DNA from: Dendrobates tinctorius
Taxonomy: Eukaryota
Direction: 5' to 3'
Assembly (NCBI RefSeq): GCF_039654945.1
Contig: NW_027361690.1
Span: 33,790,001-33,854,000 of the forward strand
DNA length: 64,000 nucleotides
The notes under the pieces were generated by a model. It was not told where the DNA came from, did no database searches, and saw only the letters and a program-made list of their open reading frames with translations. The number at the start of each line of letters is the position of its first letter. The stretch's first letter is position 1. A program made the translations under genes and the position numbers. This document shows positions 1 through 61,876 of the stretch, one piece after another.

Positions 1-548
1 ACAGCATTTTGAAAGTGCATGATCAATCCAGAAGGAGAAAGAAGTAGATTTCTCTAATAAGATATATTACAAAGTTTGTTATTTTCATGTGTAGTATTGA
101 TTTATGAAAAAAATAAGACAACAGTTACATTTTGAGGCTCCCTTAAGCATAAGTTACACAATAAATTCTGCAGTTCCTATTAAGATCTTCATGCTGCCCT
201 AACCACAGGCAGTATGCAGGCAGTAGGCATATGCTTCAGGGAGAGATGAATCAATGAAAACAAGCTGGATGGAGAAAGATCAAAGCCAGCCGCCCAGCAG
301 GCTGGGCTTCTAGACTCCTCTCTCTGTGCTTGGCTCATTTTTCAAGCTGTGTTTTCTCTGAAATGCCTCAAAGTGAGCTGCCTGCCTGTATTTCATCCTG
401 CCTGTGGTTCGGGTGGCATGAGACAGCTGACAGATTCCCTGTAAGGAGAGACAATCTTTACCATAATAACAACTGATGTTATTATATTGACCAATTGTAT
501 TTTGGAGGTTGGCTATTAATTTGCTTCTTTTCTTACTTTTCTTAAAAG

Positions 549-48493
<47,945 letters not shown>

Positions 48494-49874
48494 AATACTA
48501 TTCATGCTACCTACAAGTGTTTTCATACTCAGTAAATATCAATCTATGCACACATGAAATTAACCAGAGCCCCATATGCAAAACTCACCCTAAAGACCCT
48601 TATGCACTTGGGTTTATTGTCTTTTTCTTTTTGATGTAGACTATAATTTTTAACACATGCTCAATGCAATATAAGCTCTGTTACGATTGTGTTTCTAAAC
48701 AGCTATTTTATAGACAATGAGTCCGATTCATCAAGTCTGGCATAGCACACGCTTGTACTGTGCCAGTTTTGCTGGAATAGAAGGCACCAAATTCATTAAG
48801 AGATGCACATCATTTAATGAATTTGGTGCTTGTTTCACACCAGAAATGCTAGTCTAGCATAAAAGCTTTGATGAATCTGTTGGAAAAGTGAATTTAGAAA
48901 CTGGTCTACTTTTGATTTGGGTGAAACATACAATATATCAAATACAATATTGTCTCCTAACACTTTTGCATCCCAGAATTAGAGCTTGTGGACCTATTAG
49001 CCACAGAGTAGCTTTTAATTTTGTATGCTCTTTTAGTGTAGCTATGTGTAAAACGTATAGAACTTTAAACTACAATATTTTTGTAAAAGAGAGAGGAAAC
49101 TTGATTTACCTATATCAGAGAATTGAAATGGATTTTACTATGTGATCGAACCAAATTTCAAAGTTTTTTTTATAGTTTGACTCCTAAATGTAAAATTAAG
49201 CAAGTTTCTTAAAAGTCTTCATTAAAAATCGCCTATCATTTTGCAGGTTGAGAGTATGTATAAGTCCTACATAGATGCTCTGCAAATTCTGACAAAAATC
49301 CACCACTGCTCCTGCCACTTCTTTGATCTCCTCCTTTCTGTGAGTGTTAAAGTAGCTATACACAGTTGGGACCAGGATGGGCTGACCATCTATGTGGGCC
49401 AACAGAAAAAATATAGAGAAAAATGGAATGCCTCACTGTGTCAATGTGCCTGGTAGCCTTGAATTTGCCAGCAGCGATCCAAAAAATTCCGTCTGATCGT
49501 CAGATCACAATGAGAGGAAGAAAAAAGTTGTCAGATCACACAGCTGTGTGATCCGACAACTTTTTTCTTCCTCTCATCTATGTGGGTGCTTTTGTTTTTC
49601 CCCAATGGCAGTTGTCAGGAAAATAAAAATCTGTCAATTACAGTGCACCTCATCTGCCCTATTGTTCTGTTCTCCTGGAGATAAGCTACTACTAGATGTA
49701 ACGTATCCCCTTCTAATGAACATGCATAGCCCAGCATACATGTGCATAAGGCACAGGGCTTTAACTTCCACTAGGCACCGGAGGTCCGGTGCCTAGGGCT
49801 GCTACTTACAATTCGCGGAGCCATCATGAAAGAATATTGTTTTCCTATACCCCCTCCCTTCCCAAACCAAATAA

Positions 49875-51343
49875 GGCTAGTTTCACACTAACATTTGGCA
49901 GGGCTGTGGATGGCAGCCTTCTTCCTCCATGAAGCCTCACCCACTGCCACACCTCTTCCATCAACTCCGCCTACGTTGGCATGCGGCCTGCGTGTTAGGA
50001 TTGCGGATCGCACTAAATATAAAATATAAGAAAGTGTGATTGCAACCCGGGGTCCACCGTGCAGAGATGGTAAGCTGTTGCTCGGTAATGGTGGAGTACT
50101 AACTGAACACCGGCTGGTTAACCACTGACCCGGTGTGTACAGGAGCGAAATCTGTTACTGCGCAGAATCGCAAAACAAAAACGCCGGAGCCTGTTTCGCT
50201 CACAGAGCCCGGCAAGGAGAGCACCAGTGTAGAGACACAGGACTCTTCCCCAAGGACACAGGGTTACAGTCCCTCTAGCCTCACTAGCGTTCAGCACCGC
50301 AACTGCGATGTCTGGACAAAGTGACTGGGGATAACCGCACCAACAGCATGCAGCGCCGCCCTGGCAGACGCCACTAACCAGCCTAAGCCAGAGCCGGAAA
50401 GCGCAGTGTCTGCGCACGGCGCCGCACTGATGGAAGCTGCTGTACAAGCGGTACAGTGGTGCCTTATGCAGATTGGCACACACAGGCACTAACATGTGAG
50501 AGGAGCTGGGAGATCTGTGGCGCTGACTTTACACCCTAACCCTGTAAATAAGCACAACCAGAGGGAGGGAGTCTTAATGAGTCAGTCAGCGGTTCACAAG
50601 CATCCTTCATCTCACACACAAGTAGCCATCTGAATATGAGTCTATATTAGCGCATGGCCGAGCGGACATGCAAGTCTTTTATAGTGGCGACCTTCCGGGA
50701 CCTTCCCCGTGGTCCAATCGGAACAGGCACGGGACCTGGGCATGTGACCCCTGAACTCCAATGGGAGGTTGAGCCACGGGCATGCTCAGTGGAGCGAAAA
50801 AGTGACTTAGTCCCAGGAGCCACTCGCCGCTGGCTAGTGTAGGCTGCTATAGCTGCACGAGGGATGGCGGCAGCAGCAACCAACCCGACAGCACTAGCTT
50901 GAGCAAAGCGCCGGGAACGATGTCTTTGCTGAGCAGGCTCCTCTGCAGCCAGGTCTGAATGGGAGACCGCAGAAGGCAAGGCTCGGAATTCTTCCTGTGC
51001 AGAAGGATAAACCCGACGCCTAACACTGCGTACCTATCTTTAACATTGGGTATGCAGGCCATGCGGATGTATTCAGATGACTCTGCATGTGTCGTTTTGA
51101 CGCTGCGCCAACCGCAACAAAATGCAACATGCTGTGTACAATGCAGCTCGGCGCAGCTTCAAGACGACACATTCTGAAGCATCTGCATACAACTACATGT
51201 CCTGTTTACCCAATGTTAAAGATAGGGTACGCAGGACGCATGCCGACTTAGGCGGAGCTCAAGGAAGAGGTGCGGCAGTGAGCGGAGCTTCATGAAGGAT
51301 GAAGCCATCCGCAGCCCTGCCAAACACTAGTGTGAAACTAGCC
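49875..51343. mobile_element. Harbinger-type MITE containing a solo LTR
   Basis: GGCTAGTTTCACACTA / TAGTGTGAAACTAGCC TIRs, TAA TSD. Confidence 0.88.
49993..51025. mobile_element. Solo LTR
   Basis: TGTTAGG..CCTAACA with 5-bp TSD CTGCG. Confidence 0.88.
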
Positions 51344-52573
51344 TAAGAAAACCAGCATATTTGTGGAGGGAGGGTGAGGGATGGAAGTTTCCTTTCAGTC
51401 ATTTGCATTCAATTGTTTAAGCCGTGAATATAAATTAAGTTGCAATCACACTTGCTTTTCTGAAGTTACAAGAACACAAATCAGTGGCATGAGCATGCTG
51501 TTAAATTTGCTGCAGCACATTGAGGTCACCTCATCACGCTGCTGATTTCTCTGCAGGGCCACAGAGGCTGAGAAGTTGGAGCAAAGAGAAGTTAAGTTCT
51601 TTATAGAGCTGAAAATTCAAAGGACTTTTAATATGAGGGAGGTTCAATATAAAGAGTGAGGAATATCGCAAAAACACATTATAGAAAAGAGAAACGTGAG
51701 GGAATAGTGTGAAGTGGGGTACAGTATAGAAATTGAGCAACATGGAGGGAAGTGTAAGGATGGAGCACAATAAGAAGAGGAGGCAGCAAGGAGTGTGGAC
51801 GGACACAGTATGGAAAGGATACAATATGGGACAGTGTGAAGAGGGCTGTGTTCATAAGGAGGACAATGTGGAGGTCATATTACTTAAAGTGGGACAGTGT
51901 GGTGGCCATAATACATAAGGGAGGACAGTGTGGTTCGTTGTCATATTACACAATAAATGTAGTCATTTTATAAGAGAGGGTAATGTGGACGCCATATATC
52001 ATAAGAGAGACAGTGTGGGGTCATTTTTTGTGCTGGGAAAGATGATATTTAAGCGAGGTTATAAATAATTTCCACCTCAGAAAGAACATTTCATTCATGC
52101 ATCAGGTGATTGACAGCCTGCTAGATTTTTGTAAATACACCTTAAAGAGCAGCTAAACTTTTTGGATATGTTTTCATACATTTAAGCCCTTTAATTCTAC
52201 CCAAAAATGGTATCACTAAAAAATCAAATGAGGGAGTAAAAATCAAGTCCTCTCAAAGCACATAGACCAAAAAATTAAAGCATTATGGAACATGTCGCCA
52301 CAAGTACATTTTTGCTTTTACTAAGTTCTGAATTTTCTTTTTGCCACTTAAATGAAAAAAATATATATACACGGTGGGCCATTTATGTGGATACACCTAA
52401 ATAAAATGGGAATGGTTAGTGACCCAGATTGGCGCGCTGAATTTGCAGAAAGGGCAAAACAAAAATTGGAGCAGGACCCTCAGTTTACACAGAACATTAT
52501 GTTCAGCGATAAGGCAAACTTTTTTGGGTGGGCCATTTATATGGATACACCAAAATAAAATGGGAATGGTGAC

Positions 52574-53902
52574 CAGTGGCGGATTATAATGAGGTCAATT
52601 TGGGCAGTTGCCCCGGGCCCAGTGGGGTTAAGGGGCCCACAGCCCAGGCCAGTAAATTGCCCCATTATAATCCGCCACCGCGCAGGGCCGGATTATAGGC
52701 AGGGCAGGCGGGGCTTCAGCCCCGGGGCCCCCACCACAAGAGCTTCTAAGGGGGCCCCCACCACATTCCTGCTGGCTGCTGCAATGGCACTCCATCTTCT
52801 CACCACCTAAAAGTGAGTGACCGTGGGGGCGGCATTATGTGCTCTGCTACCAGCAGCATCTACAAGTAGCGTGAACGCTGATGCTGCTGGTAGCGTGCAA
52901 AGGCTTGTGATGAGATCACAGGAGGTAAGGTGTCAGGGCCCCCCCGATCATGTGACCCCTGACTCCTCCCCTCCTGTGACCTCATCACAGGTCCTGTGCG
53001 CACAGCACAGAGCACTGAGAGCAGCCATGTATGTGGAGTGCGGCTCTGCGGGTGGAGGTCGGTGCTGGAGGCTCCATTATTCTCTATGTGGAGTGAGGCT
53101 CTGCGGGTGGAGGTCGGTGCTGGAGGCTCCATTATCCTCTATGTGGAGTGAGGCTCTGCGGGTGGAGGTAGGTGCTGGAGGCCCCATTATTCTCTATGTG
53201 GAGTGTGGCTCTGCGGGTGGAGGTCGTTGCTGGAGGCTCCATTATTCTCTATGTGGAGTGCGGCTCTGCGGGTGGAGGTCGGTGCTGGAGGCCCCATTAT
53301 TCTCTATGTGGAGTGCGGCTCTGTGGGTGGAGGTCGGTGCTGGAGGCTCCATTATCCTCTATGTGGAGTGTGGCTCTGCGGGTGGAGGTCGGTGCTGGAG
53401 GCTCCATTATTCTCTATGTGGAGTGCGGCTCTGCGGGTGGAGGTCGGTGCTGGAGGCTCCATTATTCTCTATGTGGAGTGCGGCTCTGCGGGTAGAGGTC
53501 GGTGCTGGAGGCTCCATTATTCTCTATGTGGAGTGCGGCTCTGCGGGTGGAGGTCGGTGCCGGAGGCTCCATTATTCTCTATGTGGAGTGCGGCTCTGCG
53601 GGTGGAGGTCGGTGCTGGAGGCTCCATTATTCTCTATGTGGAGTGCGGCTCTGCGGGTGGAGGTCAGTGCTGGAGGCTCCATTATTCTCTATGTGGAGTG
53701 CGGCTCTGCGGGTGGAGGTCGGTGCTGGAGGCTCCATTATTCTCTATGTGGAGTGGGGCTCTGCAGGTGGAGGTCGGTGCTGGAGGCCCCATTATTCTCT
53801 ATGTAGAGTGTGGCTCTACGATTCGTGACCCCCGTCACGTGACGAGGGGGGCCCACAGAGTCTGAACTGCCCCGGGCCCTGGCTACCCTTAATCCACCCC
53901 TG
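52574..53902. mobile_element. hAT non-autonomous element with 55-bp minisatellite
   Basis: CAGTGGCGGATTA / TAATCCACCCCTG TIRs, 8-bp TSD ATGGTGAC. Confidence 0.85.
53031..53818. repeat. 55-bp minisatellite (~14 copies)
   Basis: Unit ATGTGGAGTGCGGCTCTGCGGGTGGAGGTCGGTGCTGGAGGCTCCATTATTCTCT. Confidence 0.95.
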
Positions 53903-54331
53903 ATGGTGACAGTTTTCTTGCGTAGGGTGTCTTGCATTGAAATCTGCTGCAATGACCTGGTACTGCGTTCACCAGACATCAATACAATTTCTATCCGCTC
54001 CTCATGTGTTAACCTCTGCGACATGTCAATGGCTGTAACAAAGAGAAACTTGTAAATAACTCATGAAAGAATAAAGTTATGTTAAAACCAAGCACACCAT
54101 TGTTTTTCTTGTGAAAATAAGTTTGATGTGTCACATGATCCTCTTCCCATTGAAAAAAATAAGTTGGATCCAAAATGACCGATTTCAAAAAGGCCACCAT
54201 GGACACCAACCATCTTGAAAAGCTTTCCCTTTCCCATATACTAATGTGCCACAAACAGGAAGTTGATATCACCAACCATTCCCAATTTATTTAGTTGTAT
54301 CCATATAAATGGCCCACCCTGTATACAAATA

Positions 54332-54858
54332 CAGTTCTGGCAAAAATTAAGAGACCACTGCAAAATGATCAGTTTGTCTGATTTTTCTCTTTATATTTGT
54401 GGATAAAATGTAAATTGTTCTTTTAGTCTATAAATTTCTGACATGTCTCCGAATTTCTAAGCAATAAATTTTGTATTTTTTTCTGACAAAAGAAAAATGG
54501 TAAAAAAAAAACTAAAACAGTGCTTTCAGACCTCAAATAAAGCAAAGAAAACAAGTTCATAATCATTTAAAAACAACAATACTAATGTTTTAACTCAGGA
54601 AGAGTTCTGAAATCAATATTTTGTGGAGTAACCATGATTTTTAGTCACAGCTTTCATGCGTCTTGGCATGCTTTCCACCAGTCTTTCACACTGCTTCTAG
54701 AACAAAAATTTAAGCAGTTCTTCTTTGTTTGATGGCTTGTGACTATCCATCATCCTCTTGATTACATTCCAGAGGTTTTCAATGTGGTTCAGGTCTGGAG
54801 AATGGGCTGGCCATGACAGGGTTTTGATGTGGTGGTCTCTTAATTTTTGTCAGAGCTG
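54332..54858. mobile_element. Internally deleted Tc1 element
   Basis: TA-CAGTTCTGGCAAAAATTAAGAGACCAC / GTGGTCTCTTAATTTTTGTCAGAGCTG-TA. Confidence 0.85.
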
Positions 54859-55588
54859 TATGCACGTTTGGTATCGCCGTAAGCATCCTATCTTGGAAAA
54901 CAATATTGCAAGTTCATTTTTATTCCACAATGAATGCCGTAAAAAACAGAACCAAAATACAATTGTGGAACGGCTTTTCTTTGTGCAATTTCACCGCACT
55001 TTGAATTCTTTACATGTTTTCCTGCAGGTTACATGGTAAATGGATGACGTCATTTAAAACTACAACTTGACATGCAAAAAATAAGCCCTCATACAGCTAT
55101 ATGTACAGAAAATGTAAAAAATTATGGCTCTTAGAAAAAATGGAGAAAAAATGAAAATGCAAAAATTAAAAATATTGTTTCAAAGATACAAAAATGAAAT
55201 TTATTGTGATCTTGCAAAGTGTCATTACTCACATCCCATGATGTGAATGTTAGCTAGAAATGATCTTTTACACATTGCACATCAGTTATACAAGGCTGAC
55301 GTGACATCAGGAGCAATAAGATGAGCTTTCACATAATGTCTTGCAACTATCACATTACATGTTATAGGGCAGCAAGTGAGGAGGAGCTATAATAGCCTGT
55401 GGAAAAAAAATGAAAAAAAATCCCTGAAATCCAGATATTTATCTGCAACTGTCCACCTTACAAAGTGTGCATGCCACAAACATTTTTTTTTGCATATCTG
55501 TTTTGCTAGTCAAATATTACATCCGTACACACCAAACCAATACAGTAGTGTGCTGCAGGTGCTGGCTTGTTAATTGTGTAAACGCTTA

Positions 55589-56186
55589 GGCTGGTTTCAC
55601 ATTTGCGTCTGTGCGCAGCGTTTCATCCGCATGCGTCATGCATACATATATTTAACATGGCGTACGCAGGGACATGCGTTTGCATCAGTTCGCATGCGTT
55701 TGCGTACGCATGCATTTTTCGCAGTGTGCGGAAGTGTCCGGCGATTGCAACATGTTGCATTTTTGGAGGCGTCAATTATGCGCCGCCATACGCATGCGGA
55801 TGATTAAGATGGAGTGTGTCAAAACAACACATTACTGTCTATGGGAACACAAGCGTACGCAAGGACATGCGTACGCTTGCGTTCGAAACGCATGCATACT
55901 TTTAATGGGTTTGGCCTGGAAGTGATATACCACCTGCTAATTGCCAGCCCTATAAAAGGAAGTGTGGACACTGCAAAGCCATTACTCTCTGGCTTCTGTG
56001 GATGTGAGCATCAGTCTCCTATGTAAGTATGGAAGGTTTGAAAATGTCTGTCTGTCTCTGCAGTCTTTACTCTGCACTAATTTTTTTTCTATTCCTTGTA
56101 GACAGTCTGCTGCTCTGGTCTTTCTGCTCTGGTCCTGCTGCTCCGGTCCTGGTGCTCCAGTCCTGCTGGTGCCGTCTTGGTGCTGC
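55589..56186. mobile_element. Left part of a Harbinger-type element interrupted by a Gypsy LTR
   Basis: TTA-GGCTGGTTTCACATTTGCG terminus, CGCATGCG-rich subterminal region. Confidence 0.6.
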
Positions 56187-59100
56187 TGTGGGAGAGAGGG
56201 TCCCCGTCGAGTGTCCGGGTCGGAGCCAAGGGGACCATTATCCGGGGGACAGAGTTCGGGGATGGACCGTTGTGACAGACAGATGGGCTGGGGGAGGGAC
56301 CAGTATAAAGGAGGCAGGGAATTCCCAGGACAATGAGTCAGCAGAACGAGACAGAAGGAGCAGGAGATTGTGGGAGCGACTGAGAGCCAGAGCAACTCAC
56401 CAGAGCCAGGAAGGAGGCCAGAGACAGGATAGATACTTCCCCTGGACATCAGTGGGACGGTGCTGAGACGACTGTCCTAGAACCGCTGCCCCGTGTCGAC
56501 CAGCGGCCGCCACAGCCTTCATCCAGCCTGTGGCTGCGGCCTGCCCGTGGCCACCAGCGGCCGTTGCCGCCTTGCTCCTGCCTGCGGCTGTGGCTTGCCC
56601 GCGGACACCAGCGGGCGCCGCCGCCTCACTCCAACCCGCTGCTGCAGCCTGTCTCCCACTGCCCGCAGCCGCTCTGCCCTCACCCATGGTCGCGGCAAGC
56701 CCAGTGCTGTCGGCAGCCACCACTGTCTCGCTCTGGTCCGCAGCAGGGGCCGGGCCTCTACTGACCGCAGACTCCCCGTCGCAGCCGTTAGCTGCGCAGG
56801 TGGCCTGTCATTGACCACCATACATCGCTGTCGCTTGCCCCAGTCCAGGGGCTGCGGCCCAACCGTCCAAGGACTCCGCCGGGGCCTGTGGGGCTCCAGT
56901 GTCATCAGCGCGCCGGAGCGAGCGAAGACTTCGTCAAAGCCTCGGCAACTGGGCCCAGCAACTACTACGCCGAAAAACCACCATCCTGAATGGCGAGGGA
57001 CGTCTGGACGGCTAAGTTGACTATATATTTAAGGACCTGTAGTCGGCCATACCGCGACCCTATAGTGACCGGCTATTGCCGAAAGTAGTCGTGTTCTAGC
57101 CGTTTGTGTTTGCTTGTATAGAGCCCCTGCGAGGGCAACCCGTGTTACCCCTTTTGGTGATCAGGCCGTGACTGAGGAAAGTTCCCTCTAGTCTTATAAA
57201 CGTTATTATAGAAAGCACCAAATTGTCTCGCGACTCGTCACTGCATCCTGCGTACCTGCAAACACCACATTTGGCATAGTCGGCAGGATGCAGTCTCCGA
57301 GCGCGGACAACGAGGGCCCCCGGCCCAGCATTTCTTTGGGGGCTATGCTAAGCAATCTACCCAGGTTCTCCGGCAGCAATACTATGCTGTGTAATTGGAC
57401 GGAGCGAATGCGTGGGTTATTCAGGATGCATCCGCTTACCTCTGACCTAGAGGCAGAAGTTGCCCTGATGGCGTTGGACGGGGAAGCCCTGGATATCGTA
57501 ATGTTGAGGCCCTGGGGCAGCGAAACACCTTCGTCAGGGTGTTACAGATCTTAGAAGAGACCTATGGGGACCCGACCGATGTGGGGGAACTGAGAATCCA
57601 GATGTTTGGACGCAGAAAGAGGGGGAAACAGTGATTCAGTATATGAATGTTTTGAAGGAACTGTTTTTAGCCATTGAAAGGAAGGATGGAGTTGGCGTGG
57701 GGACCGTGGACGTAACATTACGTGACCTGTTAGTGACCGGGCTACGAGACACCCTGACAAGACAGGCTTTGCGAGAGCGGGTGCAAGTGGACCCACACCC
57801 AACCTTTTCAGAGATAGGGAAGGAGGCACGGGTTCGAGAACAGGAGCAAGAGGTGATGGTCCCCGTGGGGATGGCTCGGAGTATCGAAGCATCCATAAGC
57901 GCCCTGAGCGAACCCCACTGGGTACAAGAGGTGAAGCAAGAGATACAGAGTATTAAAGGTGAACTGGCAGAAGCCAAGAAAGCGGCCACAAGGAGTCGGC
58001 CAGGGCCGGGTAATGGAGGCATGAACCATCGCGGCCCCCACCCAAGTTGGTCCCCACGACCATTCGTCTGTTACGATTGTGGAGAATTGGGACGCTCCAC
58101 CCGAGAGTGCCCACGTTCCGGGGGAAACTCACCCCGCTGGCCAAGTAGAGCGAAGGACCCTGAGCCGTGGAGACGCCGCCCAGAGCTGGGGTGGAGGAAG
58201 TCACGAAGACCTGGTCGCGCGGTGCCCAGTGGTATGGGCAGAGATCGAAGGCCGTGCCGTGCGATGCCTAGTGGATACGGAATCGCAGGTTACGACCATG
58301 CCAGAGACTTATTTTCGGCAGCATTTTCCCAAAGCAGTGAAACCTCTGTGGGGGACAGTGATAACGTTGGTAGCCACCAACCAGCTACCAGTTCCTGTCG
58401 TCGGAGTAGCCTGGATGCAGATTTCGATAAGCGGCAAATCACTCGGCCGCCGGGGAGTGGTCCTGACCTAGGGAGACACAGACAGCAAACATCCGGTCAT
58501 TCTGGGTATGAACATACTACGAGAGTTCGGCAACCTCCTCCTCAACGAACCCACACAAGAGATTCTGAGCTACTGGGGTTCTCGCACAGCCCAAGGGCAG
58601 GTCTTCCAGCGGTTGGTGCAGGAGGCGCGAGGGCTCCAGGAGTGCCAGGAGGGTGAGGTGCTGGGCAAGGTCATCGCGCCAGCAGCCCCCCCGCTCGTGC
58701 TTCCTCCAGGGCAGACGGTGGTAGCTCTGCTGATCCGCACCCCGATGCCACTGGAGGGCGTGGAGGTGCAGGTGGAACCATGTTACTTGGAGCGCCTGCA
58801 CCCTGGCATACTGGTAGCCCGCTCCCTGGCCACGGTGCAGGAGGGGACCGTCCTGGTGCATTGTGTCAACCTGGAAGACCAAGATATCGCCCTGAAGCCC
58901 CGGGCCGAAATGGCCAAACTAGTGAGGCCTTTGGAGGAGATGCTGCCAGACCCCGCGGTCCAGTTGAGGGTGTAACTCGAAGATCCCTGGGCAGTAAGTG
59001 TAGAAACCCAACAGGCTGCCACATCCTCGGCCCAAGAAAAAGGTCGAGTCATCCTGGAGAGAATGCAGGCTGAACTTTCCGGCCTAGTGCCAGCCCAGCT

Positions 59101-61876
59101 TCTCCAAGTAGAGACACTTCTTGGACAATTTTACAGTGTCTTTGCCAGCCACAAGGACGACTTCAGATGTACCACGGCCATCACGCATGGGATCCCTACG
59201 GCATGAGCGGCCCCCATCCAGGAGTGATATCGGCAAATACCACCGCAGCTATACCAGGAAGTGAAAACTCTGATAGCCCAAATTCTCCGAAAGGGGGTCA
59301 TACGAGAAAGCCAAAGCCCTTGGGCGGCCCCTATTGTCCTGGTTAGGAAAAAAGATGGCACTCTGCATTTTTGCGTGGATTATCAGAAGTTGAACGCCTG
59401 CACCATCAAGGATTCGTATCCACTGCCCCGCATAGAAGAGTCTCTGTCCGCCCTGGGGAACGCGATATACTTTTCAACCCTTGACCTGGCCAGTGAGTAC
59501 TGGCAGGTGCCGATGTCGGAGGAAGACAGGGCCAAGATGGCATTCATCCTGCCCATGGGACTGTTTGAGTTCAATCGGATTCCGTTTGGGCTGGCCAATG
59601 CCCCAGGAACATTCCAGCGGTTGATGGAGCGGTGTCTGGGAGACCTCAACTTTGAAGCCACATTGATATACCTGGATGATATTATCATCTATTCCGCCAT
59701 GTTCGAGGACCACCTGAAGCGGTTGGGGCAGGTGCTCGGCCGGCTGCAGAAGTACGGGTTAAAGGTAAAGCCCCAGAAATGCCACCTGTTCCGCACCCAA
59801 ATAGAGTACCTGGGGCATACCATCTCGGTGGAGGGCGTCCGACCATCCCAGGAAAAGGTCGCTGCCATCCATGGGTGGCCTACCCCCGAGACGTGAAGGA
59901 CGTGCGGGACTTCTTGGGGTTGGCCGGCTATTACCTTCGGATCGTGAAGAATTTTGCACGCCAAGCTCGAGCCCTGCAGGACCTGCTGAAGGGGGCTCCC
60001 GCCGGGGCGAATGGACGGAAGATCCAGTGGCAGCACCCACAAGAGGATGCGTTTCAAGATCTCAAGGCTGCTCTCTCAGACGCCCCGGTATTGGCATATG
60101 CGGATTTCTCGCAACCATTCATCCTGCATACCGACGGGAGCCTCCAGGGACTAGGAGCTGTGTTGTCACAGGTGCAGGACGGCCTGGAGAAAGTGATCGC
60201 CTATGGTAGCCGGTCGCTGCACGACTCAGAAGGCAACCCGGACAATTACAGCACCTTTAAGCTCGAGCTCCTCGCGGTAGTGTGGGCAATGATGGAGCGC
60301 TTCGCAGAGTACCTGGCGGGCTCCGAGGTAGTATTGCGGGCCGATAACAACCCGTTAGCCCACTTGGAGAATGCCAAACTGGGGCCCTCGAGCAGCGGTG
60401 GGTGGCTTGGATGGCCAAATTCAATTATAAGATCATCTACAAACGGGGAGCTGAAAATGTGCACACCGACGCGCTCTCCAGAATCCGACACACCACCCCA
60501 GGGAGAAGTCGAGACGACAAATTAGAGGCAGACGAGATGCCGTTCACCCTCACCACCGCCGCGCTTACAGTCCACACGCAAGAAGCATCTCATCTGGGAC
60601 GCCTAGGAGGGATGCTGGAACAGCCCATGACAACTGGATCCAGCAGCAACAAGAAGATATAGAAATTGGACTCCTGCGCCGATGGGTGGCCACCGGTAAA
60701 TTGCCCACGGGCTCACAAAGACAGACTTTGACCCAAGATATGTTGCTGATGTTGCGCCAGTGGGAAAAACTAGCCATCAAAAAGGGACTTTTATACCAAA
60801 AAGCCATGTCACGAGCCACGTCAGCTACGTTATGGCAGGTGATCGTGCCCGGAGCCCATCTTGACCAACTGGCCCAGGAAGCCCATGAAAAAGGGGCTCA
60901 TTTTGGTGCTCAAAAGACTTTACAATGGTTGCAGCAGATAGTGTACCACCCACGCTTGCACGCTGCTGTAGAGGAAGTTTGTCGGACCTGCCGCCCGTGC
61001 GAGCTCACTAAACCCCCCGCGCAACGAGCCCCGGTGCAAACTATTGTAATATGAGCCCCTCTGGAGCTTCTTACGGTGGACTGTCTGACCATAGGTCATG
61101 CCTATCAGGGGGATGAACATTGTCTCGTTATGGTGGACCACTTCACCATGTTCGCCGTGGTCACCCCCACCCGAGACCAAACAGCAGAGGCGGCCGCCTA
61201 TGCGATTTGTAAGAACTTTATCCAAGTGTACGGCTGTCCACAATGAATACATTCGGACCAAGGGGCGTGCTTCCTAGGAAAAGTCAGGGAAGAACTACAT
61301 CATCTCTACGGTATCGATAAGTCTCAGACTACACCACACCACCCGCAGGGAAACGGAGCCTGTGAACGATTCAATCGGACACTAATCCAAATGCTGCGTA
61401 CCCTGGAGAGCGACCGAAAGGCCTGCTTGCCTGAATACGTCCCGGAGCTGGTGTGGGTATATAATAACCGGGTGACTGGTTACACCCCTTACTCATTGCT
61501 GTTTGGACAGGAAGGCAAAGGAATCACGGAAGTGGAGTTAAACCCGGAGGAACTTCTATCCTCGTGGGTCCGAAACCACCGGCACCGGCTGCCAACCCTC
61601 CACCAAATCGTCCATACAAAGCTCCAGGATATAGAACACCCAGGGGGAGCGCTACCCCCACCAACTGACTTCCAGGCTGGGGATCGGGTACTCGTACTAG
61701 ATCAACGCCCCCAAGACAAGTTAGAACCACGGTGGGAGGAGACGCCGTACCGAGTGTTGCGCCGGATAAGCCCTGACGGGCCTGTGTATGAAATACAATC
61801 GGAAAGAGACAGTGCACCTCTCACTCGTACTGTGCACCGAAATATGTTGCGCCCCTGTGTCTCCACTGATCCCATG
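56187..61876 (+). mobile_element. Gypsy LTR retrotransposon 1 (5' LTR 56187-57269; decayed gag-PR-RT-RH-IN), interrupted by a second element
   Basis: LTR TGTGG..CCACA; CYDCGELGR zinc-knuckle remnant, CLVDTESQ protease, SPWAAPIVLVRKKDG and YLDD RT, HTDGS RNase H, H..GAH..C..C and IHSDQG integrase; many stops and frameshifts. Confidence 0.93.
57272..57289 (+). promoter_or_regulatory. Primer-binding site complementary to tRNA-Ser 3' end
   Basis: TGGCATAGTCGGCAGGAT two nt after the LTR end; 1 mismatch to TGGCGTAGTCGGCAGGAT. Confidence 0.8.

Larger units (their letters stand above)
52370..54321. mobile_element. Rearranged mariner/Tc1-superfamily derivative
   Basis: TA-CA(C/G)GGTGGGCCATTTAT TIRs, internal extra TIR copy ~52526-52572, transposase scraps (NIMFSDKANF on +; MSQRLTHEERIEIVLMSG on -). 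Confidence 0.75.

Noticed and set aside
48494-49700. tmc3 3'UTR end / polyadenylation site
   Set aside because: AATAAA near 49622 is a candidate, but it cannot be assigned without transcript data
52817-53865. Long repetitive ORFs in three frames
   Set aside because: Artefact of a stop-poor 55-bp minisatellite
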